A stretch of DNA of 63,693 nucleotides, counting the filler, from Pelomyxa schiedti (Eukaryota > Protista > Evosea), in assembly GCA_020536535.1 (NCBI GenBank). It is 12 parts of 12 records of this genome, joined end to end, with 100 filler letters (N's around TTAATTAATTAA, not from the genome) between each part and the next. Parts side by side here need not be neighbours in the genome. Positions count along the whole stretch, not along the records: positions 1 to 20,697 come from JAHLWZ010001085.1; 11 more parts are not named here. One strand, 5' to 3'. The position numbers and the translations under genes are program-made. Shown piece by piece: positions 1 through 12,342 of the stretch. The notes beneath the pieces are model-generated. The model was given only the letters and a program-made list of their open reading frames with translations. It was not told the origin of the DNA and made no database searches. Position 1 is the stretch's first letter; each line of letters starts with the position of its first letter.

Positions 1-370
1 GTACGTGCTTCCAAATCCATCGACTAAACGTGTTATGTGTATCAGGCTTGACTCATTACGTGATACCCTCATATGCAAATATAGTGCCATCAGGTGTATC
101 AATAAGCCCAAAGGAATAAATCTCTAAATATTGGACGTTTCAGTCAAAAAACGGCATAATGAATGAAAAATAAAAACAACCAACAAAAAACAAGTTTATC
201 CACTGGCGCACCCAGTGCATTTCGTTTGATTTTGATGATAGTTTTCGTTTTTTGTTTGTGTGGCTGGTTTTTGACTGAAACGTCCAATAAAAACCAGATG
301 TTGTTCTTATCTTTAGCACTTTTTCTTAAAGCCAAACCATTCCGTTGTTTTTTTACTTTTGGGACTCACA

Positions 371-1544
371 CTAAAAAATTCGTTGTGGTGAATCAGTGTT
401 GTTCTCAGTCGTGGGTGGATGGAAACATCTGCTCTTTTGGTACAAAAAGCCTAGTGCGGGTTCACTCTCGACCCCAAAGACTTTGTTATTTCTTTTGTTC
501 AACAGATGTTTTCCTGGAAATTGACTACTCGACCAGTGGTCGGTGACGGTGCCCATTTGACTTCAGCGTGGAAAAGCTTCATCCTACTCGATAATGGTGC
601 CTGATGTGGTGTACGGCTTAAATCGAGAGGGTTTATGTCTTGTCAAGTCGCGGCAATGTGCGAGTCTGCCTCTAAATTCAGTGGTCTCGGATGGCCGCAA
701 GGGAGTGGGCGTGGCAGTATACAACATGTTTGCCTACATGCAAATGTAAATCAAATGGGGAAATTTGCTTTAGTGAGGCACACTTCATCTTTGAATATGA
801 TTTCGGACGCTGCCAGAAGCTCCTGAGGTGATATGCCCATAGGATTGAGAAATTGGCTCAGAATTTTGTTCTCCGGTGTTCTATCTGACAATGGGAGCAT
901 ATGCGGTATTGGCGGGAAACTTCCGGTTGAGGGAAGGCCAAGACCCGGAACAAATGGCATCATTGGTGTATGTGGGAGTAAGTTTGGAGGCAATGTTGGA
1001 ACAGAACTACTTGCAGGAGATGGATTTGAGGCAGATGGAAAGTTTGCTGGATCTACAGATGGGGTGGTCTGAACCTCTGGTGTAACTTGAATTGTTGAAT
1101 CCTCTTGAAAACTCGACCTCCCTATGAAACATTTGGTTTTTGTTGTTACAAGGAAATTGATTCAATGTCCATGTATTACCCAACATGCTTGGATGCTTCA
1201 TCAGAAAATCCCTCTTCTTGTGTAATGTTGCAATCTCCAATTGAAGTCGCTCATCCGAGTCAGGCTTTTTATTGAGGCGATCCTCCAACTCAGCAATTAG
1301 CCGCTCAATGCACTTAATCTTCACCGCATCGCTGGCTTAGTGTGATACAAAAAAGATGAGCGCCACAAACCTTCCTATGCGGCCAACGAGGGATGTTGTT
1401 CTTGCGACAAATCTTCTTCAACACAGTGGGGCACACTCCAAGTTTACGAGCGGCATCATTTATCGGCAAGTGAAACACAGTCTTCAAGATCTCGATGGAT
1501 ATATCGTCACCCATTTGTATCACCGTCCCAACGCCTCGTGCCAC
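371..1544 (-). CDS. RWP-RK domain transcription factor (multi-exon)
   Basis: Exon 1 encodes ISIEILKTVFHLPINDAARKLGVCPTVLKKICRKNNIPRWPHRK, the canonical RWP-RK signature, with an intron after RK. Next exon IKCIERLIAELE... follows, then Pro-rich exons (ORFs 751-993, 371-556). The 3' exon structure is approximate. Confidence 0.85.
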
Positions 1545-1677
1545 CTACAATCGGTATTTTTTTTTTTCCTTTACAGAATTGCCCGCCGGCAGTTTAATTT
1601 GATACTGACATCTGCCAAGATATTTCCGGATACTCTCCGCCGGTGTTCTTCGATTTTTATTCACTATTCGGATCTTG

Positions 1678-2465
1678 ATGGCAACGGTCATGAACGGCAG
1701 CGGCGCTCCCGACACTGTTGTCAAGGAGGTGTTGGCACTGAGACAAAGTACTTTGCGATCTAACGAGTGATACCTACGTAACGCGGTATATAAGATCTGC
1801 ACGTTCCGAACTACACGTGCATTGCCGCTGTTGATTTGAATGACGGAATTGGCTACAACAATCAACTACCGTGGCACATTCCTCGTGGGTGTTGCGTTTT
1901 ATTAGTACTATTTTCTTTTCCTGCAAAACTCACAAATCGTAAGACGAGTTGAGATTCTTCTCACTTCTTACTTCCTACACAATGAATATTGGAAGTCATA
2001 ATGCTGTAATAATGGGTAGGAAGACTTGGTGTGCTATTAACCAAAAACCTCTTGCAAACCGAGTATGCGTTGTTCTTTCCAGAGATGTGACATGGTACAT
2101 CGAACCTTTTCCTTTGGCTGTACTAACAGTTTTACAGGCAAGCCACTGGGGCTAGTGTTGCGCCCAGTCTTGACAAAGCTCTTTCCCAATTGGCTGGAGG
2201 TTCAAGGCACCCCACTGTGGAGTCTATATTTGTGATTGGCGGAGCCGAAGTGTTCAAAGAAGCTTTGCAGGATCCACGCTGCACAATGCTACATATTACG
2301 AGAGTAGGCGCCAGCCACCTCTGTGACACCTTCTTCCCTCCACTGCCACCAAACGCCTTTCTCTCACTGTCACGTATTTCCTTGGCACCCGCCAGGGACC
2401 CCGATGGCCGCCCGGTACCTCTTGTCGTGGAGACTCTATTGAGAGCAAATGACACTGGTTTCTAG
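1678..2465 (+). CDS. DHFR: Dihydrofolate reductase, monofunctional (4 exons)
   Basis: Spliced translation: ...[28 protein letters not shown]...NAVIMGRKTW..I..KPLANRVCVVLSR...IFVIGGAEVF...LHITRV...CDTFFP. All hallmark DHFR motifs are present. Stop at 2463-2465 with no thymidylate synthase domain after it. Confidence 0.92.
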
Positions 2466-2827
2466 GGCACCGTTCTCTTGAACTCTCAGTGCCTTCTATT
2501 TCCCCTTGTTCGGGTTGAGTCAATTGACACACAACATGGTTGATCAACCCGACACGAGAACGAAGGCAAAGAAACTAAAAAAAGCGAGGGAAACTTAAAA
2601 AAGAAAGGGGAACCAACACAGAAAAGAACAAACGAAAAAATCAAAAAAAACCAAAAACTTCCTGTGAAGTCCAACACCAAGGACGCTGACAACAACGAAC
2701 GCTCATCGGTTCCTTTCATTTGTGTGACACCGTGGGTCGTTAGTTCGTTTTGAGTACCCACAGCCTCCAGGAACACCCATAATCAACAGCGCCCAACTCA
2801 CCCTCACGCACACAAAATACTTTGTAA

Positions 2828-5800
2828 ATGTCGACGCCAAACCAACCTCACGGGAACCCTGGCCAACCTCTGCATTTGGCCGTAAAAAACAAGGCGCCAG
2901 CACCACGGCCAGCCCTCGTCAATCCCATAATGAACCCCTCGGCCCTGGCTGCCATGGCCACCGCTGCCGCTGCAGCTACGGCGGCCATGGCAGCTTCTGC
3001 TGCTGCGGCCCAAACGGCCGCCGCGGCCGCAACTGCAACTGCGGCTGATACTTTGGCTGTGGCGCTGCAGCCTGGCGCCAAGCCCGGCGTCCTACTTATG
3101 GGACCGGCGGCCATAGCACCCCCGGTCAGGGCACCCTCTCCCAAAAAACCTTCAGTTGCACATCACGCTGCCTCACATTCTACATCTGCCCCACCGGTGG
3201 CCAGTGATCAGACTGCCCGTGGGCCGACTCAATCAGCACGGAATTTGAAAAGAGTTGTTACTCCTGGTGCTGCCAGTGTATCTTTAAGGCTGCTCACTTT
3301 ACATGATGCTTGTAGGCACTCTCAATATTTTTTTTTCCCCCATTAAGCAATCAATTTATGCATTCAACTTCTTGTTTACAGCTGCAAACTTACGTGGATT
3401 GTCACCTGGTTCTTCTTTGCTCTGGATTAATCTGGGTGAGATACCTAAGAAGGAGGGTGTTGATGAAAACTCACAACAGACCGTTGTTACCAAGTGCGAG
3501 CTGTGTTGCATTAATAATGTTGAATATGTAAGTACAGTATAGCTGACACCTCTTTTGCACTTGAACAGTTCCACAATGGTCAGTTATAAGTTGCGTACAG
3601 TTGTTCAGCACCGTCAGTTGAATCTCCCTGTTAAACTCCAGTTTGAGAAAGTTTTCTTCCTGTCTTTCCCTCTCGGTCCAACTAAAAAAAAACCAGAAAA
3701 AAGTCTTGGTGTTTAAAGCTGATTCCAAGACAATGACTCATGTTCATCGCCTACAATCTGTTTTCCTTCCCAATTTGGGAGAATTTCTCACTCAAGTTGC
3801 TCTCAATAAGAACTTTTTTGGTACCCTTCAAGACACATCTTGAATAATCCAACGAATTTTTCAGAGGAGCCCCTACCTCCAAAAGCTATACAAGAAGAAC
3901 TTGCAGGAAGGCGTTATATTGTGTATATGAACACTGGAAGTAGTGATCAAGTTGTTGTAAAAACTCGAAATGGGGTAATTATGGAAAGAAACTTATGTGA
4001 TCTTAGACGCGTTTAGGATTCCACTGAGACACTGGTGTTTGACATCAATTTTCATGATTGCGTTATTTCTTTCAGAACTGACAAAGATCAACCTACTCTA
4101 CTTCAAACGTCTTTTAATGACACCCTTCTTGGTACCTTTCTCCCTCTGTTACTCACATGCTAAACATTCTACAGGGTTCTTGGGTTTAGATCGAAATGAA
4201 AGGTATATAGTGTCTGCAGTTCTTGGTTATGATCCACAGTCAAATGACCTTCACCATGCAACACAGTTCCCCACAAGTTTCTTTACACCAAAGACAACTG
4301 CCAACAAATCGCAGTTACTCGAATCACTGTTGAGCTTTGTTGAAAACAAGAAGGTAAACTTTTTGAACTCTTTTCTTGAGTACGTTGCTTAAGTTAAATT
4401 CTTTCAGCCCGTTCACCATTATGACTATGATGCTGAGCTGGCCAGCACTTTGGCTGATTTACTTTACACAGTCAAAAAATCAGATGCTGCACAACTCAAA
4501 GTCGACTGGGTTAATAAGGGGCTCTTTGGAACTCTCCTTTCAGTTGCATCCGATTTTTTATCCTCATCTTTTTAATACTGGCGTAGATTGTGTGTGAAAC
4601 AGGGGTGACACAAAAAGAAATAGTCGTGGAGGTAAGGAACCTCTCTTTTCATGTCTTGTGTAACACGTTTCCCAGATTTTCCGCCAATTACTTTCACATA
4701 ATGATGGCGGGTGTAGAGATTTATCTTCAAGAATTTTAACACACCTACGCACACATGTGGAATGTGTGGCTGTGGCAGATTTACTATCATCACTTGTATT
4801 TGTATCTGATTTCCGTCGGGTACGTTCTACTCTGCATGTTCAATTACTGACAACATCAGGAATTTGTAGCAGTACTGGGAGTTTCAAAACTTTGTGAAAT
4901 TTATTTCAACGCTTCAGTTCAGATATATGGTTGAAATTGGTGAACAGATTAATACTTACAAAATTAATTAGGTGAACAAACTATAAGTGGGTTCGGGTCC
5001 TGCCCCTTGAGCACACCATCAGAGGAAACAAAAGAATCAAAGACTCCACAAGCAACAAATTCACTGGATTCAAAACCTTCAGCACGAGCAGTATTTCTAA
5101 CAGCATACTCTTTTATTCAATCAACAGTAAACAGGGACCAGGAAAACACCCACTTGTTCCCCGATTACGCATTACACCCAAAGGCTCTGACAATGGTACA
5201 ACAAGATTAGGACGCCGATTGAATACCTTTAGCACCGCTGCATACTGTACATATGCATTCATTAGTCATGCCCTTTAATTTGTGGTTAAGTCAGGGAATT
5301 GATTGCGGGCGCAACTGGCTGCACAGCCAAAGATACACCTCCAGTTGCCTCTGCCCAATCTCAACTTGCATCCTTTGGTGTAAAACTGGGGGAGTGTTGT
5401 ATGTTCAATATCTTTATTTATATAATATTCACGTCACACATCAGACTTGGCATCCCATCTTTCCTACATACTCGAGTATAAACGCATTGTTGAAGACTGG
5501 GAACTTCGTACTGGCATTGACACCAGACCCTTACATTTTTTGAAAAAATTCGTAGTTCAGGTTCGTTTCAAGCCAATTCTCGTGTTGCTGTGAATATTCA
5601 TGGAAGTAGAAAGACCCAACTCAGGACACTACTCCTGCTGACCAAGGAGTTTTGTCCCTACCTATACAACGTATGCGCTGTATACTATTGGAAACCCTTG
5701 CTTCCCTCACAGAGGTGTCAAAATATCTTGGAGCTTTCTACTTTAGTAACTTGCTTTAGAACCCAACCCAATTTGAAGGCGTCACTGGATTTCCTGTTGA

Positions 5801-7488
5801 GCTCCTTTATTCTGAGTTGCAGTTAAGTCACACAGACCCCAAACTTCGGGATGACACCAATTTTCGTGGTCTGGTTTATAGTGTTCTGTCCAACTACAGC
5901 AATTTTGTTGAACGAATTTACAAGTAACCTTCCAACAACTTTAAAAAATATTAAAAAAAAAAAGAGACAAGTGGAAGATTCTCACAAAATCAATGAGCTT
6001 GACAAGGAAGGAAAATTTCAGAAGGAAGTCTGATAAATTTCTTTGGTGTATAAGTATAAAAATAGGTGCTCTTATTCGTGCGGTGGGTTGCTTTCCTTTT
6101 CCGCTCCCTTTTGATGTTTTCTAACCTTTCTAAAGCCAGTTGAAGATTTAGTTCTTCAGTTACGTGTACTTGGTGAATATATTCAAAATTGCAAATCTCG
6201 AGTAATGCCTTTACAAGTAGCTGAAGTGTGCCTTGAACACCTGTTTCACATCAAAGTATGAATTTCTTCTCAATGCCTCTTATCTCTTTGAAGGATAGAG
6301 TCTTTGAATCGAAAATGGACTCGCCCGCTGACATCCAACTTATTCATTGGTTACTCTTTGTTTTTGATAGCATTGGTGCTCAAAGCACTCATCGACCTCT
6401 TGATAATCTTCTCCTTGGAATTTTTTTAATGAGGTTCGTTTTTTTTGTTTATGGATGGAACATTTAGTCCTTCAAGAAATGAGAACTTGGAATTCATCCG
6501 GAAATGGACCCAATTACTACTTCTGAGTGAACCTTTTGAAAAGAAGATGCATGATCTCCCAGGAGGAGAAGAATTATTGAAGCAGTATCGTTTGCAATGC
6601 CTGTTACACCATAAAGTATTTTCACTTGTAGGTATGTTCTTCTGAATACACCCACAGGTCTGTATTCAAATGATCAAACGAAATCTGAACCTCAAATTGG
6701 ATGTTGGGGATATGGACTCGTTGAGAATCGAGTTAAATAGCACACATGTAATAGACAAACTCGATTTCCTTCTGAACCCTGTGTGCTACTAACAGACTTC
6801 AAATAAAACTAACTGTTAAAAATTTTCCATAGACAACGGGCATTCTACTAACATTCTTACGGAATGGAGAATACATGGATCACTTCAATGTCAAACTGGA
6901 AATTCTATCATTTTTCCAGGAAGTATTTCAAGTCCCCCAATCTCTCTATAGGAAAAAACGCTACGTGGAAACCTATATAAGGTTTTTTATTCTTATTTTT
7001 GTACTGTGGTTTAATTTTTTTTGGGATAAATCCACCAGCTTTCTGTACCTCACGTTTATCAAGCTCTACCAAAATCCTGCCAAAGACTCGACAACACTTG
7101 AGATTTGCAATATGTATATTCGCGCCATGCTTGCCTTCACTGTCAACACAAATGAGAAATGCAGTCAGCAAGTAAAGTCTTCTTCAAATCCTGTTACTCT
7201 AATATTATCCAGTTCTTCAACATGAAAGTTATGGATTTCCTTGTAAGGGAAATATCTTTAGAATACCAAGAAAAGTATGAATGGGACAAACTATTGCATC
7301 CAGCCGGAACCAAACCTTTTTTTGAAAAACTTCTTGTGTACGATTTTCAGAACAACCTACCAATGAACTCATGGTGCTTGTAGACGACCAACCATCACCC
7401 TTCCTTCAAAAATGCCAACAGTCAATCCCAGTGTAAAAAATCTGGCATTACCCAAGCCAGCTTTGGGTGAGCTCTTTTCTCAAAAGCC

Positions 7489-7519
<31 letters not shown>

Positions 7520-10500
7520 CCAGGTGGTACTGGTGCCAAAGTTGGAATTCCTAAACTGAATATGGGTGTGTTGTTTTTTACAAAGCAATGACAAATAATC
7601 TTTTTATAGCTGCAACACTTCCCGCCCCAAAGCCTGATGCTGAACCTATTCAAATTGATCTCTCTTCATTAAACATTGGCTCCCTTCTTGGTTTGTGTCG
7701 CCTTCTCCTCTTATTGAATGTACACAACCTGGTGCAAACTGATGTTTATGCATAGCACCGCTGGCTGGAGGGATGCCAGCAAGCCAGCAATCACAAAAGC
7801 AAGGTGTACCAAAGTTAAACCTTAACATTGGGTCTCTATTGGGTACAAATTTCCTTCCTCCTTTTTTCCCTGATTGCACAAAGCCCCCCTTGCTGGTATT
7901 CCCAGTGAGAAACCTGAAGAAACTACTAAGCCACCCCTTAAGATGTCCATTCCAAAACTGAAAATGAGTGAGTACTCTTGTGTAATGTCCTACTTCATTT
8001 AACACCGTGCCAAAAAGGTGGCATGGGGATCTCTGACAGTGAACCAGAGAAACCTGCTCCCCCAAAGATGGCTATTCCAAAACTAAACCTTGGTTAATAT
8101 TCCCCTCCTCATTATTCACTTATACGTATCAGCAAAATCTGAGGCCCCGACGGAGAAACCGACAGCTTCCTCCCCACCAACATTGCAAACAAAACCGTCT
8201 GTACCCAAGTTGAATATTGGTTTGTCAAGTCCTTAGTCTTTCACGCATTTTACCGAGATATAGGGTCATTAGGGGGCCCTGAGAAGGCAGATGCTCCAAA
8301 ACCGGCAATCCCCAAACTGAACCTTGGTGTGAGCTCCTACTATCTTCATACATTTTTTTAATTTATCCCTTAGGGTCAAATGGACTACCTCCCCCAACCG
8401 AAACTGCTGCTGCCCCACAGCCTTCAGTACCAAAGCCGGGAATTCCCAAATTGAACATGTGTATGTTCCCGCACCACCAAGTGTCGTTTAACTACTTTCA
8501 GCAAGTATTTCCCAAGAGGCACAACCTGCAGCACAAAAACCAGGAATTCCCAAACTCAATATGTGTATGTTTAGGCACTAAGTAGGAGTTATCTAATCGG
8601 GTTTAGCAAACATTTCGTCTCAAGAGTCAAGCCAACCCGGTAAACCAGCCATACCAAAGCTTAATATCGGTATCTACAACTTGGTCTTTTCTCTGATAGT
8701 GACAATTTTTATTAGGTGCTCCACAAGCCGCTTCTAACAAACCGGCAGCACCAGCCAAACCAAAATTAGGTCTAGCAATTCCTAAACTTGCCATCACCCC
8801 TGGCCTTTCACTAGGTGCAAAAGAGGTAGGATTTATCCTATATAAAACAAAAAATCGCTGATTGCATTTCAGGAGGAAGTCAGCAACGAACCAGAGACAA
8901 CCGGACCTATGACTATGCTTCAACAACAGCTTACAAGCCATGGAAAATTGCAAATACAGTTAGATAATCCTAATTGGCAAGGCAAGACACCCGTTAGTGA
9001 GCCTGTGGACCAAGCCAAGGCTGGCCCCGTTCACAAAGAGTACATGAAATTGCGGGAGAATATAAAGCTATACTTGGATCCCCGTCTTCATACGTCTATT
9101 ATTGTCTTGATAACCAGCATCTTACTGACTAACATGTGTGCACAAAGAGTGTTTAACCTGGACTTAACCAAACTTGTACAGTGGTGGCTTCGACCAGACT
9201 TACAGTGACCAATTTCCATTAGAAAATAAAAAGCAAAATGTTACTTACTTGCTGGGAATGCGTATGTTCCTAAAATTTGTTAACATATGCCAAACAAACA
9301 ACAACAAAAAAGATCTGAACCACGCAATGAATGCCTCAATTATACCGCAATTGACAAGAGAGTTAGTGAAGCTCAGTGATGCACATTTTGGACTTCTAAA
9401 GCTTTTGTGTCCCACGTAGTACATCTGTAGGAGGAACGTTTTTTCTAAGGAAGGAATTTGTAGGTTTTTGAAGACGGATTTGTACCAAAATCATGTAGTA
9501 ATTGCTAGTGGCGCTTTTGGGACTGTTTACAAATGCACGGTGCAGCTAACTGAGGTTTTTTCCCTCCTTGTTGGCTGTAGGAATTAGTGCTAATCTACGC
9601 TGGGTAGAACATTGCCGACACTCAGCGCGCTACAGCGATCAAACTCATGCATACAGAAAGAAGTGTACACGATCGCTGTGTACTACACGATATCTTCATG
9701 GAAGTGTTGACATTGTATAGATTCAAGTTTGATCCAAGAATTTGTCATCTGTATGTCTATATTTGTTCATAAACCATAGTACTTAGTTGCTTAGTTACGA
9801 TTATGGTGTTGATGGTGAAAATTATTGGCTTGTGATGCGAGCTTATAAAACAAGTTTGAAGACATGGCGGCACAAGCAAACTCGACCTTGGGCCGAACTC
9901 TTGCCTCTGTATTTAAATGTTTTCTCCTTGGTTCTCTCAGCTGCACAATTTCTTATTGATTATCGTGAGTAACCTTAACAATTAAATGCAATAACGGTAA
10001 CCTGCAGGTATTAACCATTACGATATTAAGTGTGACAATATACTGTTAAATCCTCTTCCTGGCGTTTCAGAGGAAGAATTTTGGTCTCCCCCCTCTTCAC
10101 AACCCACATTTTCCGTCTGTTTTGCTGGTAGGGCATACTTCTGTACAACAAATACCCTCTTCTAACCAAGTGAAAACAGATTTTGGGGAGGCAAAGTTGT
10201 ACGGTAATGAGCTGGAGGGGTACACACTACGAAACAGAGGAACAGAGTACATTAAGAGTCCAGAGATGTTAAATGTCGCCTATGCATCGCAGAAAACCCG
10301 AGCCACCTACGATCGCAGAAAAAAAGTCTTTTGTTTTGGGTACCTTGGGTTTTGACTAAGCAATCACCAGATAGGAGCTAATCACGCTAGTGATGTGTGG
10401 TCTCTCGGCTGCCTGCTATTTGAACTGATAACTGGTGAATTTCTATTTTTTGAAAGTGACTGGGTGTGCTTTTTCATGAGGCTTACCTCAACAGCACAAG

Positions 10501-12019
10501 TATCTCTTCTGATTTCTGAATGAAACGGAATCACCGAAAAATAGGAACTAATAACTGAAGCCAGCAAAGCAAAGCTGAACCATAATCCCCATCTCATTGA
10601 TTTCTTTGAATACACCCTTGTACGGGAACCAATTCGAAGACACAGTCTCCGTGATGTGGCTATCAAATTTGAAAATCTAAAGAGCACAATATTGGGACCG
10701 AGTTCCAATGCCGCCAACAGACCTGCCGAAAGCAGTACAAGAGCAGTGACTACTGTGAACGCACACCCACCATCTGTGGTGTGGATGAAATGGGTTCAAA
10801 CAGACGAAAGGGACTACTATGATGATTCTGTGCCAGCAGATATGATAAACGAAGCAACGCAAATAACACCTGATGTTTACATTGGAGCTTTCAAGGCAGC
10901 CTCCAACCGAGAGTTTTTAACATCCGCTGGTAAATTCACTGCAATTTCTCACCTAATTTCTGTGAAGGGATTACACATGTTATAAACTGCACACGCCGCT
11001 CACACCCCTATCCATATTTCTTTGACTGCAGTCGCGCACCTATTGGCCAAGCACAATCAACTGAAGTTTTTCTTAAAATGATTACCGAGTCAATGGAATT
11101 CATTAGACTTGCCCACATACACCACGGAAAAGTAGCCTCCTCTTTCAGCTTTACAACTAAACTTTCTGTAGGTACTTATTTTCAGTGACTATGGCATCTC
11201 ACATGCTCCAGCACTGGCCATCGCCTGGATGATTGATTTTCAGTTGATGGGTTTTTATGAATCCTTCTTGTATGTGAGAGATCATCACTACATATGCCAA
11301 ATACATCCAGTCATTGTTCAACATTTATTCCAATGGGGAACTATCCAGGCCCACAAACGAGGATGCAAGTCTCTTTCTTCCCATTTTCCTCCTGATGAAC
11401 AACAGTACCTGAGAATGGTCCTAGTTGCTGGCCACTACCCAAGAAGCTCCATTTCTCTTGCCTGTGTGGGGCCAACGTATGCTCACTTCGAACCCCTCTG
11501 GACGAGTCTGTGTTCAAAAATCCCCGCCGATGCTCGTGCACAGTTGATCCCATTCCCTTCCAGTTAATTGTTCTAATTTTGCACCCAGTTGATGGATGCA
11601 AGCGATTGCCCACACACCGGAGCCGGTTGTTCACAATTCATTGAGTCTATGAAGCAGAAATACAAGTACTCAAAACCGGACACAGTTGACTGGGGATACA
11701 CAAACACCTCCAACTTGGTATCCGATTTCTCAGTCATCAAAGACAACAGTGTCTTGTATATCCCCACTAATTCCATTCTTGGAAGTACCTGCTAACACTC
11801 AACTTCAGGTGTCCGCCTCTGAAGGGTGTACCAACCCTGTGGCATTCACAAGTCAAGACAAAGGAATGGGAACTGTACCGCTGCAAATACTGTAAGTTTT
11901 TGACATTCGCATTGTATAAAGGCGCCAAGGCAATACCCCTTAGTGCCGCCACACCCACAAACACCTGCAACATCGCAATTGTAACCAACGTGAACCCCCG
12001 TGGTCACAGTTCTTGTTAA
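2828..12019 (+). CDS. Very large multi-exon protein: N-terminal region, PKLNx repeat tract, non-RD protein kinase, dual-specificity-phosphatase-like pseudo-enzyme domain, Cys-rich C-terminus
   Basis: Kinase motifs: IASGAFGTVYKC, AIK, HYDIKCDNILL, DFGEAK, RGTEYIKSPEML, SDVWSLGCLLFELITG. DSP-like motifs: TQITPDVYIGAFKAASNREFLTSAGITHVINCT...KVLIFSDYGISHAPALAIAW. C-terminus: FSCLCG...CSC...CP...C...YRCKYCKF, TAA at 12017-12019. Continuity of the N-terminal exons (2828-7400) with the kinase is likely, but not every splice was verified. Confidence 0.75.
7524..8826 (+). repeat. Array of mini-exons each encoding a [IV]PKLx[LMI] peptide motif
   Basis: Successive exons carry GIPKLNM, GVPKLNL, SIPKLKM, AIPKLNL, SVPKLNI, AIPKLNL, GIPKLNM, GIPKLNM, AIPKLNI and AIPKLAI, separated by short phase-1 GT-AG introns. 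Confidence 0.85.
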
Positions 12020-12342
12020 ACTTTGTAATTACCAAATAGAGGGAAAAAAAAAACAAAAAGTGAGTGAGAAGAACAATTTCTCTTAAAAATAAGTGTCCTA
12101 CAACTCCACTGTCTCTCGCCAGGCCATATAACCAGGGAAAAAAAAAATCAGACTCTGGTTTTGTGTTCTCTTCACAACGTTTCGGAAGCAGGACATGGTT
12201 TATCATCATTTAATTTGGCGATCAAACGTTCGGCAAGAAAAAAAACAGCGGCCAAATAAAAAAAGGTGACATTTTGTTGAGAAATTCAATTGTGGGTGTG
12301 GTGCATAATCAACTTACAAAAAGGGTTTGCCTTCCTCGAAGG

